Assembly: GCA_028292665.1 (NCBI GenBank)
Contig: JAQGLW010000074.1
Coordinates: forward strand, 314-64,313
DNA from: Herminiimonas sp.
GTDB lineage: Bacteria > Pseudomonadota > Gammaproteobacteria > Burkholderiales > Burkholderiaceae_D
DNA: 64,000 bases
Reading direction: 5' to 3'
Below, one piece after another: positions 51,963 through 60,727 of the stretch. Made by a program: the position numbers and the translations under genes. The notes below the pieces were generated by a model. The model made no database searches. It had not been told where the DNA came from and was given only the letters and a program-made list of their open reading frames with translations. The first letter of the stretch is position 1. Every line of letters begins with the position of its first letter.

Positions 51963-52473
51963 ACTACGTTCCTTTCAAGGTCCATTGGAGATTGATCGGA
52001 TGCTCTCTCCTTACGAAATCGCGCAACCGGACAGTACTGAGGCATTCCTTTTTTGTGCGGTCACGCCAATTCGTCCAGCACCCGTTGGTGCGGTTCAAAA
52101 TGGCGCTAAACGCGACTCGTTCAGCCAAAGTTTCTGTAGTATCGCTACGAATTCCTCGCGCTTGTGGCGCGGGTTAGAGCAAACAGCTTTCAAATGAAGC
52201 GCGTCTTGACGTTGGGCGGCATTATGCGTCGCGCGCGAAAAGACCATGGATTCCCTTCGAGATTGCGAAGGGATTGATACGTTAATGCGTTGCACCATTC
52301 TGGTCAAGTCAAATTATGCCGAATCCGTTTAAAATCAAGCGTTTTCAAGAAAAATCGCCCACAAACCGGGCTTTTTTGCTAGCATGCGCACAGTTTATGA
52401 ACGACAACCAATAGTGTTAACCGGCGTCAACGTTATATTCACTTGATAAAAAAGAAATACCGCGCCGCATCGA

Positions 52474-53043
52474 ATGGCAACTGATAAAGAACTTTCCGAC
52501 TTCCTTGAGAATGTGGAACGCCGCGCATTTAAACAAGCTGTGTATGCAGTGCGCAAAGACGAGGCTGCGTTCGATATTGTCCAGGATGCAATGATCAAGC
52601 TGGCTGAAAAGTATGGCGATAAGCCTGCGGCTGAGCTGCCTTTGCTATTTCAGCGTATATTGCAAAATACGATTCACGACTATTTTCGCCGTGAAAAAGT
52701 GCGCAATACCTGGGTCAGCCTTTTTTCCAGCATTGGCGGCAATTCAGAAGACCACGAGGATTTCGACATACTGGAAACCTACGAGGCTGAAGAAGGGACA
52801 CAAGCCGCTGAATCCAGTGAAGACAAGGTCGCACGAGACCAGATTCTGGCGGCGATTGACGAAGAAGTACAAAGGCTCCCGACGCGTCAACGCGAAGCCT
52901 TTCTCATGCGTTATTGGCAGGATATGGATGTTGCTGAAACGGCTGCAGCAATGGGATGTTCCGAGGGAAGTGTCAAAACTCATTGCTCTCGTGCAACACA
53001 TACCTTAGCCCAAGCCTTAAGAGCCAAAGGAATACGCTTATGA
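52474..53043 (+). CDS. ECF-type RNA polymerase sigma factor
   Basis: 189 aa with region 2 (..AFDIVQDAMIKL...) and region 4 (LPTRQREAFLMRYWQDMDVAETAAAMGCSEGSVKTHCSRA). Confidence 0.9.
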   Translation: MATDKELSDFLENVERRAFKQAVYAVRKDEAAFDIVQDAMIKLAEKYGDKPAAELPLLFQRILQNTIHDYFRREKVRNTWVSLFSSIGGNSEDHEDFDILETYEAEEGTQAAESSEDKVARDQILAAIDEEVQRLPTRQREAFLMRYWQDMDVAETAAAMGCSEGSVKTHCSRATHTLAQALRAKGIRL

Positions 53044-53444
53044 ATCCTAAAGAACTTGATTTCGCTTACAAAGTGCGGCATGCACTTAATGAAAACCTTG
53101 ACTATCTCCCGTCTTCTACTGCTGAAAGACTGGCTTCTGCGCGCAATTTAGCCTTATCTCGCAAGAAAAAAGATTCTCCTCTACGCGCATATGTCCCGCA
53201 ATATAAATTGGCAGGTCAAGTTGGCAGTTTTTTCAGTGAACCCTTGTCTTGGTTGAGCCGGGTAAGTCTGGCAGTACCTGTTGTTGTTTTAGCTCTTGGA
53301 TTAACCGGTATTTATCAATTCGAAAAACAGCAGCGCATTACCGAAATCGCTGAGATAGATGCGCTTGTTTTAGCTGATGAATTACCTCTGTCCGCCTATG
53401 CGGATCATGGCTTTAATGCTTACCTCGCCAAGCGAGGGGAGTAA
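53040..53444 (+). CDS. DUF3619-like single-pass membrane protein (candidate anti-sigma factor)
   Basis: Its ATG overlaps the sigma-gene stop (ATGA). 134 aa with one TM helix (LAVPVVVLALGLTGIY). The family name is from memory. Confidence 0.7.
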   Translation: MNPKELDFAYKVRHALNENLDYLPSSTAERLASARNLALSRKKKDSPLRAYVPQYKLAGQVGSFFSEPLSWLSRVSLAVPVVVLALGLTGIYQFEKQQRITEIAEIDALVLADELPLSAYADHGFNAYLAKRGE

Positions 53445-53445
53445 A

Positions 53446-54153
53446 ATGACGAGCGTTTCATCGAGTACAGTCGCCCGCTTCGTGCGGGCGGCACGCATTT
53501 TAGCTGTCCTGATCGGGGTTAGCTCGATTGCTCACGGGGCCACTGAAACGGCGTACGGTACCAATGCAACTGATGGGACGCCGGCTCTTAAAACCAAACC
53601 TGCCGCCACATCATCAACCAACACGGGCAAAGGCGCGGCAAAATCAGCACCAAGTCAATTGGCAAAACCGTTGTGGGCTGAACTGACTCCCGCTCAACAA
53701 CAAGCACTTGCGCCACTGGCAGTTGAATGGGACAAGCTTGATGCACAACACAAGAAAAAATGGCTGACGATCGGTAATCGATATGGATCTCTTAAACCCG
53801 ATCAGCAGATCCGCCTGCAGAACCGGATGCGTGATTGGACCAAGCTTACGCCGGAACAACGGCGTGTAGCACGCGAAAGTTATTCGCGAGCCAAAAAATT
53901 GAATCCAGTCCAAAAAAGCGCTGAGTGGCAGCAATATCAGCAATTGCCTGAAGAACAGAAAAAGAAACTTGCAGCAGAAGCCGCTGCTAAAAAACCAGTA
54001 GCCAATCTTCCCCCTGCTTATCAAAGCAAAGCCAAAGTAACGCCGCCGCCTAAATCGGCACTGAAAGCCCATTCCGGCTCGAATCAAACTGTTATTCCAC
54101 CGGCAACGGAGACATCCGCAGCTCAGCCTGTCACGCAACCTGCCGTTAAATAA
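53446..54153 (+). CDS. DUF3106-like secreted repeat protein
   Basis: GAGGGGA precedes the ATG. It has a signal peptide and three W-x2-LTP/LP-E/Q-Q helical repeats (WAELTPAQQQAL, WTKLTPEQRRVA, WQQYQQLPEEQKKKL). The family name is from memory. Confidence 0.7.
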   Translation: MTSVSSSTVARFVRAARILAVLIGVSSIAHGATETAYGTNATDGTPALKTKPAATSSTNTGKGAAKSAPSQLAKPLWAELTPAQQQALAPLAVEWDKLDAQHKKKWLTIGNRYGSLKPDQQIRLQNRMRDWTKLTPEQRRVARESYSRAKKLNPVQKSAEWQQYQQLPEEQKKKLAAEAAAKKPVANLPPAYQSKAKVTPPPKSALKAHSGSNQTVIPPATETSAAQPVTQPAVK

Positions 54154-54672
54154 TTGCTGCCGTTGAACATCATAGCAACTCCTTCTTTGAAAAGCCGCCT
54201 TGCCAGCATGGTGTATGAAGGCATGCTGCTGTTCGGCGTTCTTTTCATCGCTGTCTGGCTGTTTTCAACATTATTGCAGCAACGTCATGCACTCTATCTT
54301 CGCAATGCATTACAGGAATGGCTGTTTGTGGTGCTCGGCGTTTATTTTGCATGGTTCTGGAGCCATGGCGGACAAACGCTGGCCATGAAAACCTGGCATA
54401 TTCGTTTAGTAAAGGCAAATGGGCAACCGCTAACGTTTTGGCGTGCCGCTTTTCGATACTTGCTGGCTTGGCTTTGGTTTTTACCCGGCTTGGCGTTAGC
54501 GTGGGCATTAGGCGCAAAAGCCTGGATGCTGGTGGCGATTCCGGCTGCAAACGTAGCGCTATGGGCATTTGCCGTTTATCTTGATCCGCATCGCCAGTTT
54601 CTGCATGACCGATTAGCGGGCACGCGCCTGGTCGCGACTGCTGATAAATTGCCGAGAACAACCTCGACCTGA
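54154..54672 (+). CDS. RDD-family membrane protein
   Basis: 172 aa with 3-4 TM helices and the C-terminal ...HRQFLHDRLAGTRLV typical of RDD proteins. The start is uncertain (TTG 54154 or ATG 54208). Confidence 0.75.
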   Translation: MLPLNIIATPSLKSRLASMVYEGMLLFGVLFIAVWLFSTLLQQRHALYLRNALQEWLFVVLGVYFAWFWSHGGQTLAMKTWHIRLVKANGQPLTFWRAAFRYLLAWLWFLPGLALAWALGAKAWMLVAIPAANVALWAFAVYLDPHRQFLHDRLAGTRLVATADKLPRTTST

Positions 54673-55065
54673 TTGTCGTCGTACATTTGCATACTCCTGT
54701 CTGTTACAGAGATGACAGGGCCGGATCAATCGACTCTTGAAGTACCTCTGAGATCTTGATCGGCAAATGCAATTGTATTTGCCTGTCAATCCGCCATATT
54801 TCAAATTGCAGCAACTTTATCCTCTGCATTAAACATTCCTCAATCGCAATATTAAGCGTTGCACAGCGGCAAAAACTTCGTCAGAATGACATTCAGAATT
54901 AGCGCCGATATTTGTCAAGCGGACCGATCGAGAGCTGGCGCTTTTATAGACGAAAGCTGTTTCATTGACGATATTCAGTGAGAAGCCCGTGCGATCGAGC
55001 AGTGCTTGTGCGGTAACCGGAAAGCGGCGATCGCCTCGATGGATACGGATTTCATCGCAATATGC

Positions 55066-57363
55066 ATGACGCCGCGCAGCCATGATCCGAAGCGTGAAAT
55101 AAAAAAAGAAAGATCGTCGAACGCAATCGAGGAGAAACCGCTCTTGAAACAATATGCGATTCGCTATGCGTCGGGCCTGCTGCTTCTGTTCGGGTTGCTT
55201 GGCCACGTAAGCGGCGTATACAACTTATCCTTCATTGATTCTCTTGACAGGGTTATATACGACGCCAAATTACGATTGACCATGCCGCAAACAGTCGACG
55301 ATCGTGTGGTCATCCTCGATATCGACGAGAAAAGTATTGCCGAAATAGGCCGCTGGCCCTGGAACCGCGACAAAATGGCAGCGCTGGTGAACAAACTGTT
55401 CGAGCGCTACCATATTCGGCTGCTCGGATTCGATGTTGTCCTGGCCGAGCCCGACGAAAGTTCCGGGCTGAAAATTCTGCAAGGATTGGGGCAGCACGAA
55501 CTCAAGCACAACCAGCAGTACCTGGCCGCAGTGAAGCAGATGAGTCCGCAACTCGACTACGACAAGCTGTTTGCCAAATCGCTGCAAGGCAGGCCGGTTA
55601 TTCTCGGTTATTACATGGCTCACGGACAGATCGGCAGCGGTGCGATACCACAGCCCGTGCTATCCGCCAGGGCCTTTCAGGGACGCAGTATCCCTTTCTC
55701 TACCTGGTCAAGCTATGGCGGCAATTTGCCTGAATTCCAGGCTGCCGCTTCAGGCGGAGGGCACTTCAGTCCGATCCCCGATGCCGATGGCAGCATACGG
55801 CGCGTACCCCTGCTGGCCAAGTACAAGGATGCCTATTACGAAGCCTTTTCTCTCGCCATGGTGCGGGCGCTGCTCGACAATCCTCCGATTGTTCCCGGAT
55901 TCGGTGAAGAAACCTCCGGCGGTGACTACGCAGCCGTGGAATGGCTTGAATTGCCGACTGCCCGCGGCACCATGCGAATACCTGTGGATGGAAACGTTAC
56001 CGCATTGGTGCCGTACCGCGGTTACGAAAAAAGCTATCCATATTATTCAATCGCCGATGTGCTGGCTGATCGTATCAAGCCTGAACAACTTCAAGGAAAA
56101 ATCGCTTTGGTCGGAACCACGACACCTGGCCTGCGAGACCAACGTACGACACCGGTCGGAGAAGTGTATTCAGGAGTCGAGGTGCATGCCAACCTGATCA
56201 GCGGCATGCTCGACGGCACCATCAAACTCAAACCGCAATATGTCAATGCTGTTGAACTGATGCTTCTGATCCTGACCGGCGCACTGATGATCTTCCTGTT
56301 CCCGTGGCGATCGCCATTGCGCGCAACTCTGTCAACCTTGCTGATTCTGACAGCCGCCGTCGGGATCAACCTTGCATTCTGGCAGTACGCCAACTGGGTG
56401 CTGCCGCTGGCGACAAGTCTGCTTTTGATAAGCAGCTTGTTCATATTCAATATGTCGTACGGCTATTTTGTCGAATCCAGATCGAAACGCCAGTTCACCG
56501 AATTGTTCGGTCAATACGTGCCGCCTGAACTGGTGGAAAAAATGAGCCTCAATCCTCAGAGCTATAGCATGGCAGGCCGCAAGGCAGCGCTTACGGTGCT
56601 ATTCTCCGATGTGCGCGGCTTTACTACCATTTCGGAGGGAATGGAACCCGATCAGCTGGCGCAACTGATGAACGAATATCTCAGCGCCATGACTGTGGTG
56701 GTGCGCAAGCACCGGGGCACGCTTGACAAATATATAGGCGATGCAATCATGGCGTTCTGGGGCGCTCCTGTAGATGACCCTGAGCACGCCCGCCATGCCA
56801 TCGTCACTGCACTCGAAATGCAGCAGGCATTGCGTGATCTGAACCGGACGCTGGTCGCCAGAGGCTCACCGGCAATGGAAATCGGTATAGGGATCAATAC
56901 CGGAACGATGACTGTCGGCGACATGGGATCGGTGGTGCGCAAGGCTTATACCGTGATGGGCGATGCCGTCAATCTCGGCTCGCGCCTGGAAAGCATTACG
57001 AAGCAGTATGGCGTTGGTATCATCGTCGGCGCAACGACTCGCAATGAGGCAACCGACATGTTATTTCGTGAGATCGATCTGGTCCAGGTCAAGGGCAAAG
57101 AGGAACCTGTGGCAATTTACGAACCGCTGGGCTTTGAAGGAGAACTTTCAGAAGAAATGCTCGATGAACTGGAGCGATGGCATCAGGCATTGCATGATTA
57201 TCGGATGCGGAAGTGGAATGCGGCAGATGCGGCACTGGCGGACCTTGCACAATTGCGGCCCGATTCCAGGCTCTATGCACTCTACAGGGAGAGGATTGCG
57301 GCTTTTCAGGTGACCCCGCCAGACCCGGAGTGGATCGGAGTAACCAGGTTCGATACAAAATAG
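55066..57363 (+). CDS. CHASE2-sensor class III adenylate/guanylate cyclase (predicted adenylate cyclase)
   Basis: One N-terminal TM, a periplasmic CHASE2-like region of about 330 aa, then 3 TM. The cyclase core reads LTVLFSDVRGFT...LDKYIGDAIMAFWGAP...AYTVMGDAVNLGSRLE. The start is ambiguous (TTG 55006, ATG 55039, ATG 55066). Confidence 0.88.
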   Translation: MTPRSHDPKREIKKERSSNAIEEKPLLKQYAIRYASGLLLLFGLLGHVSGVYNLSFIDSLDRVIYDAKLRLTMPQTVDDRVVILDIDEKSIAEIGRWPWNRDKMAALVNKLFERYHIRLLGFDVVLAEPDESSGLKILQGLGQHELKHNQQYLAAVKQMSPQLDYDKLFAKSLQGRPVILGYYMAHGQIGSGAIPQPVLSARAFQGRSIPFSTWSSYGGNLPEFQAAASGGGHFSPIPDADGSIRRVPLLAKYKDAYYEAFSLAMVRALLDNPPIVPGFGEETSGGDYAAVEWLELPTARGTMRIPVDGNVTALVPYRGYEKSYPYYSIADVLADRIKPEQLQGKIALVGTTTPGLRDQRTTPVGEVYSGVEVHANLISGMLDGTIKLKPQYVNAVELMLLILTGALMIFLFPWRSPLRATLSTLLILTAAVGINLAFWQYANWVLPLATSLLLISSLFIFNMSYGYFVESRSKRQFTELFGQYVPPELVEKMSLNPQSYSMAGRKAALTVLFSDVRGFTTISEGMEPDQLAQLMNEYLSAMTVVVRKHRGTLDKYIGDAIMAFWGAPVDDPEHARHAIVTALEMQQALRDLNRTLVARGSPAMEIGIGINTGTMTVGDMGSVVRKAYTVMGDAVNLGSRLESITKQYGVGIIVGATTRNEATDMLFREIDLVQVKGKEEPVAIYEPLGFEGELSEEMLDELERWHQALHDYRMRKWNAADAALADLAQLRPDSRLYALYRERIAAFQVTPPDPEWIGVTRFDTK

Positions 57364-57375
57364 GCCAAATATAAA

Positions 57376-58143
57376 ATGAAATTAAGAGTTCTCGGCTGCA
57401 GCGGAGGAATCGGAGGACGGCACTTGCATACGACTTCGATGCTGGTCGATCATGACATCCTGATCGATGCCGGCACCGGGGTGGGCGATTTGAGTGTCGC
57501 GGAGCTTGTGCTGATCGATCATGTATTCATTACGCATTCGCATCTCGATCATATTGCCTGCCTGCCGTTCATCCTCGATACAGTGGGCGATATGCGCAGC
57601 AAACCGCTGACAATGTATGCGACGCAGGCGACACAGGAAATCATCAGGACCCATATTTTCAACTGGGCGATCTGGCCCGACTTCAGCGAAATTCCGGATG
57701 CGGAAAATCCTTACCTGCGTTTTCATACCATTCGCCTTGGAGAGAACGTATGTCTGAACGGGCGCAATATCACCGCTTTGCCTGCCATGCACACGGTTCC
57801 CGCAGTCGGATACCACCTCGATAGCGGTGCCGCAAGCCTGGTGTTTACAGGTGATACGACAGCCAACGACGAATTCTGGAATGAAGTGAACAAGATTGAC
57901 AATCTGCGTTATTTGATCATCGAGACCGCCTTTTCCAACAGTGAAAAGCAACTTGCGATCATTTCCAGACATCTGTGCCCCAGCATGCTCGGCGAAGAAC
58001 TTCAAAAGCTCCGGCACAATCCGGAAATATACATTACGCATTTGAAGCCTGGACAAATCGAAGTCACCATGCGGGAAATCGAGGAAGGCATCGGCCAGTA
58101 CAAGCCTCGCATGCTGCAGAATGACCAGGTATTCGAATTTTAA
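57376..58143 (+). CDS. MBL-fold hydrolase, class-II-like 3',5'-cyclic-nucleotide phosphodiesterase
   Basis: 255 aa, MKLRVLGCSGGIGG.... The THSHLDH motif (57532-57552) matches the HxHLDH signature of class II cAMP phosphodiesterases. It starts 12 nt after the cyclase stop. Confidence 0.72.
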   Translation: MKLRVLGCSGGIGGRHLHTTSMLVDHDILIDAGTGVGDLSVAELVLIDHVFITHSHLDHIACLPFILDTVGDMRSKPLTMYATQATQEIIRTHIFNWAIWPDFSEIPDAENPYLRFHTIRLGENVCLNGRNITALPAMHTVPAVGYHLDSGAASLVFTGDTTANDEFWNEVNKIDNLRYLIIETAFSNSEKQLAIISRHLCPSMLGEELQKLRHNPEIYITHLKPGQIEVTMREIEEGIGQYKPRMLQNDQVFEF

Positions 58144-58346
58144 AGTTCGCCGGACGATATCCGCCCGGCATCGATGAAAGAATCAGAAAATTCCCATGCA
58201 ATCCTCATCGATCGGACAGTTCGGCAATCCGGCACTGCTTGCACTGCTGCCGCCCCGGAGTATGCGAAAGAGCGCCGTTTTGCCATACGAGGCAATCACC
58301 CGTGACGCTGCGATCAGTGCAAACAAAGATGAATGGATGAGATGAC

Positions 58347-60716
58347 ATGAGTGCAGTTCTCGGAACACAGCAAATCAACGGCGACATCGGCGACGTCAAA
58401 AGCCGTCTGGAGTTTTCACAGAGGCTTCAGGCAGTCACCAACAAGATTCACGCGACCAGCAACATAGACGAGATCATGCTCGATCTGCCGCTGGATATAT
58501 GCAACCTGTTCGATTGCGATCGATTCACCCTGTATGCCGTCAGCGATGACAAAGCCTTCATCGTTTCAAAAATCAAAACCGGGCTCAAGGCATTCAACAA
58601 TCTGACGCTGCCTATCTCTGAAAAAAGCATTGCGGGACATGCCGCACTTTTCAAAAGAACTATCCGGCTAAGCGATGTGTACGATGAGGCAGAGCTGGAA
58701 TCCTATTCGCCGAAGCTGCAATTTCTGCAAGAGGTGGACAAGCAGACCGGTTATCGCACCAAGCAGATGCTGGTTGCCCCTTTGATCAACGTGCAGAGCA
58801 ACGAATTGCTAGGCGTTATACAGCTTATCAACAATCGTGCCGGCGGACCTTTTACAGCGATGGCCGAGGACGGCGTCAAGGAATTATGCGCTACCCTTGT
58901 AATTGCGTTCACGCAGAGGCTGCGCCCGCCTCCGCCGATTCGTTCGAAATACGATCCGCTGGTATCCGGCGCAATTCTGTCGGCGCCCGAGTTTGAACTT
59001 GCCACACGTTCGGCACGGCGCCAGGAAATCGACATCGAAGAAGTGCTGCTCAATGAATTCAATGTCAAATTGCCGTCTATCGGCCAGGCGCTCGGCACGT
59101 TCTTCGGCGTTCCCTACGAGCCTTACAAGGCCGAACGGATCAAGCCGATCGATCTTTTAAAAAATCTCAAGCGTGACTATGTAGAGCAGAATCGCTGGTT
59201 GCCGATCGAAGACGGCAAGGAAGGCCTGATTATCCTTGCGCTTGATCCCGAGCAGGTAAAAAGCGTGCGCGTCGTCAACAATATTTTTCCAAAAGCCAAA
59301 CTGGCCTATCGAGTTACGACGAATGCCGAGTTCAAGCAGACAGTCGATCAATTTTTCGGCATTGCGGACGATCCAACTTCCGTTGACGATCTCCTGTCGG
59401 GCATGGAGGACGGCGACGAAGAGAACGAAGTTTCCGCTACCGATATTTCTGCGGCCGCCGAGAATGAGCTCGTCAAACTGGTCAACAAGATCATTGTCGA
59501 CGCCCATCGTCAAGGCGCTTCCGACATTCATATCGAACCGCGGCCCGGGAAAGAAAAAACGCTGATCCGTTTTCGCAAGGATGGTTCGCTGGAACCCTAT
59601 ATCGAAATCCCGCCGAGCTATCGTAACGCCCTCCTGGCGCGTATCAAGATCATGTGCGATCTCGATATTTCGGAACGACGAAAGCCGCAGGATGGAAAAA
59701 TAAAATTCAAGAAATACGGTCCGCTCGACATTGAGTTGCGGGTTGCAACGATTCCGTCGGCCGGCGGCGTCGAAGACGTTGTAATGCGGATTCTCGCAGC
59801 CGGCGAGCCGATTCCGCTCGACAAGCTGGGTGTGCTGCCATACAACCTCGAGCGACTCAAGGAAACAGTCGAAAAACCCTACGGAATATTTTTTGTGTGC
59901 GGCCCGACCGGTTCCGGCAAAACCACGACGCTGCATTCGGTGCTCAGCTATCTCAACAAACCCGACACCAAGATATGGACAGCGGAAGATCCGGTGGAAA
60001 TCACCCAGAAAGGATTGCGCCAGGTTCAGGTGAACCGCAAGGCCGGGCTCGATTTCGCCACTGTCATGCGCGCATTTCTGCGGGCCGACCCGGACATTAT
60101 CATGGTCGGCGAAATGCGCGACAAGGAAACGGTTTCGATCGGCCTTGAAGCTTCCCTGACCGGCCATCTGGTTTTCGCCACCTTGCATACGAACAGTGCG
60201 CCGGAATCGATCGTTCGGCTTCTGGACATGGGCATGGACCCATTCAATTTTGCAGATGCATTGCTCGGCGTTTTGGCGCAGCGGCTGGCCAAACGCCTAT
60301 GCACAAAATGCAAAACGGCTTATCAGCCTTCGCCGGAAGAAATACAAGGCCTGCTGACCGAGTATTGCGAAGAACTAATGAATACCGAGGCTTTTATCAA
60401 AGACCCGCAAGCCGGGCGCAGCAAGGTGCTCGGCACATGGATGGAAAGATACGCCGACGACAATGGGAAATTCACTCTTTACCGCGCGGTCGGATGCGAA
60501 CAATGCAGCAAAGGCTACAAGGGCCGGGTCGGCTTGCATGAATTGATGGTCGGCTCCGACAAAGTCAAGCGATTGCTCCAGGAGCATGCTCGCGTAGCGC
60601 AACTGCTCGCGGCGGCACTGGAAGACGGCATGCTTACGCTCAAAATGGATGGTATTGAAAAGGTGCTCTCCGGCGCTACCGACATCAAGCAGGTGCGCCA
60701 GGTCTGCATCAAGTAA
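58347..60716 (+). CDS. GAF-domain fused GspE/PilB-family secretion ATPase
   Basis: 789 aa. The N-terminal GAF-like domain spans about aa 25-190 (..CDRFTLYAV...IAGHAA...LVAPLIN..LLGVIQLINN). A T2SSE_N-like domain follows. The ATPase core has Walker A GPTGSGKTT (59901-59927), an Asp box, Walker B IIMVGEMRD, a His box (TGHLVFATLHTN) and tetra-Cys CTKC...CEQC. Confidence 0.88.
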   Translation: MSAVLGTQQINGDIGDVKSRLEFSQRLQAVTNKIHATSNIDEIMLDLPLDICNLFDCDRFTLYAVSDDKAFIVSKIKTGLKAFNNLTLPISEKSIAGHAALFKRTIRLSDVYDEAELESYSPKLQFLQEVDKQTGYRTKQMLVAPLINVQSNELLGVIQLINNRAGGPFTAMAEDGVKELCATLVIAFTQRLRPPPPIRSKYDPLVSGAILSAPEFELATRSARRQEIDIEEVLLNEFNVKLPSIGQALGTFFGVPYEPYKAERIKPIDLLKNLKRDYVEQNRWLPIEDGKEGLIILALDPEQVKSVRVVNNIFPKAKLAYRVTTNAEFKQTVDQFFGIADDPTSVDDLLSGMEDGDEENEVSATDISAAAENELVKLVNKIIVDAHRQGASDIHIEPRPGKEKTLIRFRKDGSLEPYIEIPPSYRNALLARIKIMCDLDISERRKPQDGKIKFKKYGPLDIELRVATIPSAGGVEDVVMRILAAGEPIPLDKLGVLPYNLERLKETVEKPYGIFFVCGPTGSGKTTTLHSVLSYLNKPDTKIWTAEDPVEITQKGLRQVQVNRKAGLDFATVMRAFLRADPDIIMVGEMRDKETVSIGLEASLTGHLVFATLHTNSAPESIVRLLDMGMDPFNFADALLGVLAQRLAKRLCTKCKTAYQPSPEEIQGLLTEYCEELMNTEAFIKDPQAGRSKVLGTWMERYADDNGKFTLYRAVGCEQCSKGYKGRVGLHELMVGSDKVKRLLQEHARVAQLLAAALEDGMLTLKMDGIEKVLSGATDIKQVRQVCIK

Positions 60717-60727
60717 AGGAGGTCGTA

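Noticed and set aside
51959-52045. 28-codon upstream ORF whose TGA overlaps the ilvI ATG (ATGA), considered as an ilv leader peptide
   Set aside because: The peptide (MPQYCPVARFRKERASDQSPMDLERNVV) has no Val/Ile/Leu run, and its ATG abuts the AAGGA with essentially no spacer. It is probably not translated and not a classical attenuator.
52358-52380. GCCC-acaaacc-GGGC followed by TTTTTT on the plus strand, upstream of the ECF sigma gene
   Set aside because: The stem is only 4 bp and there is no upstream plus-strand gene to terminate. It is likely fortuitous.
54829-55206. 125-aa minus-strand ORF in the leader of the cyclase gene
   Set aside because: It overlaps the cyclase 5' end, has no Shine-Dalgarno sequence or recognisable fold, and lies in AT-richer non-coding-looking DNA. 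I treat it as spurious, though a shorter antisense peptide cannot be excluded.
58174-58302. 42-codon plus-strand ORF (MKESENSHAILIDRTV...) in the PDE-GspE gap
   Set aside because: No ribosome-binding site, no hydrophobic or otherwise distinctive features, and no way to test conservation here.
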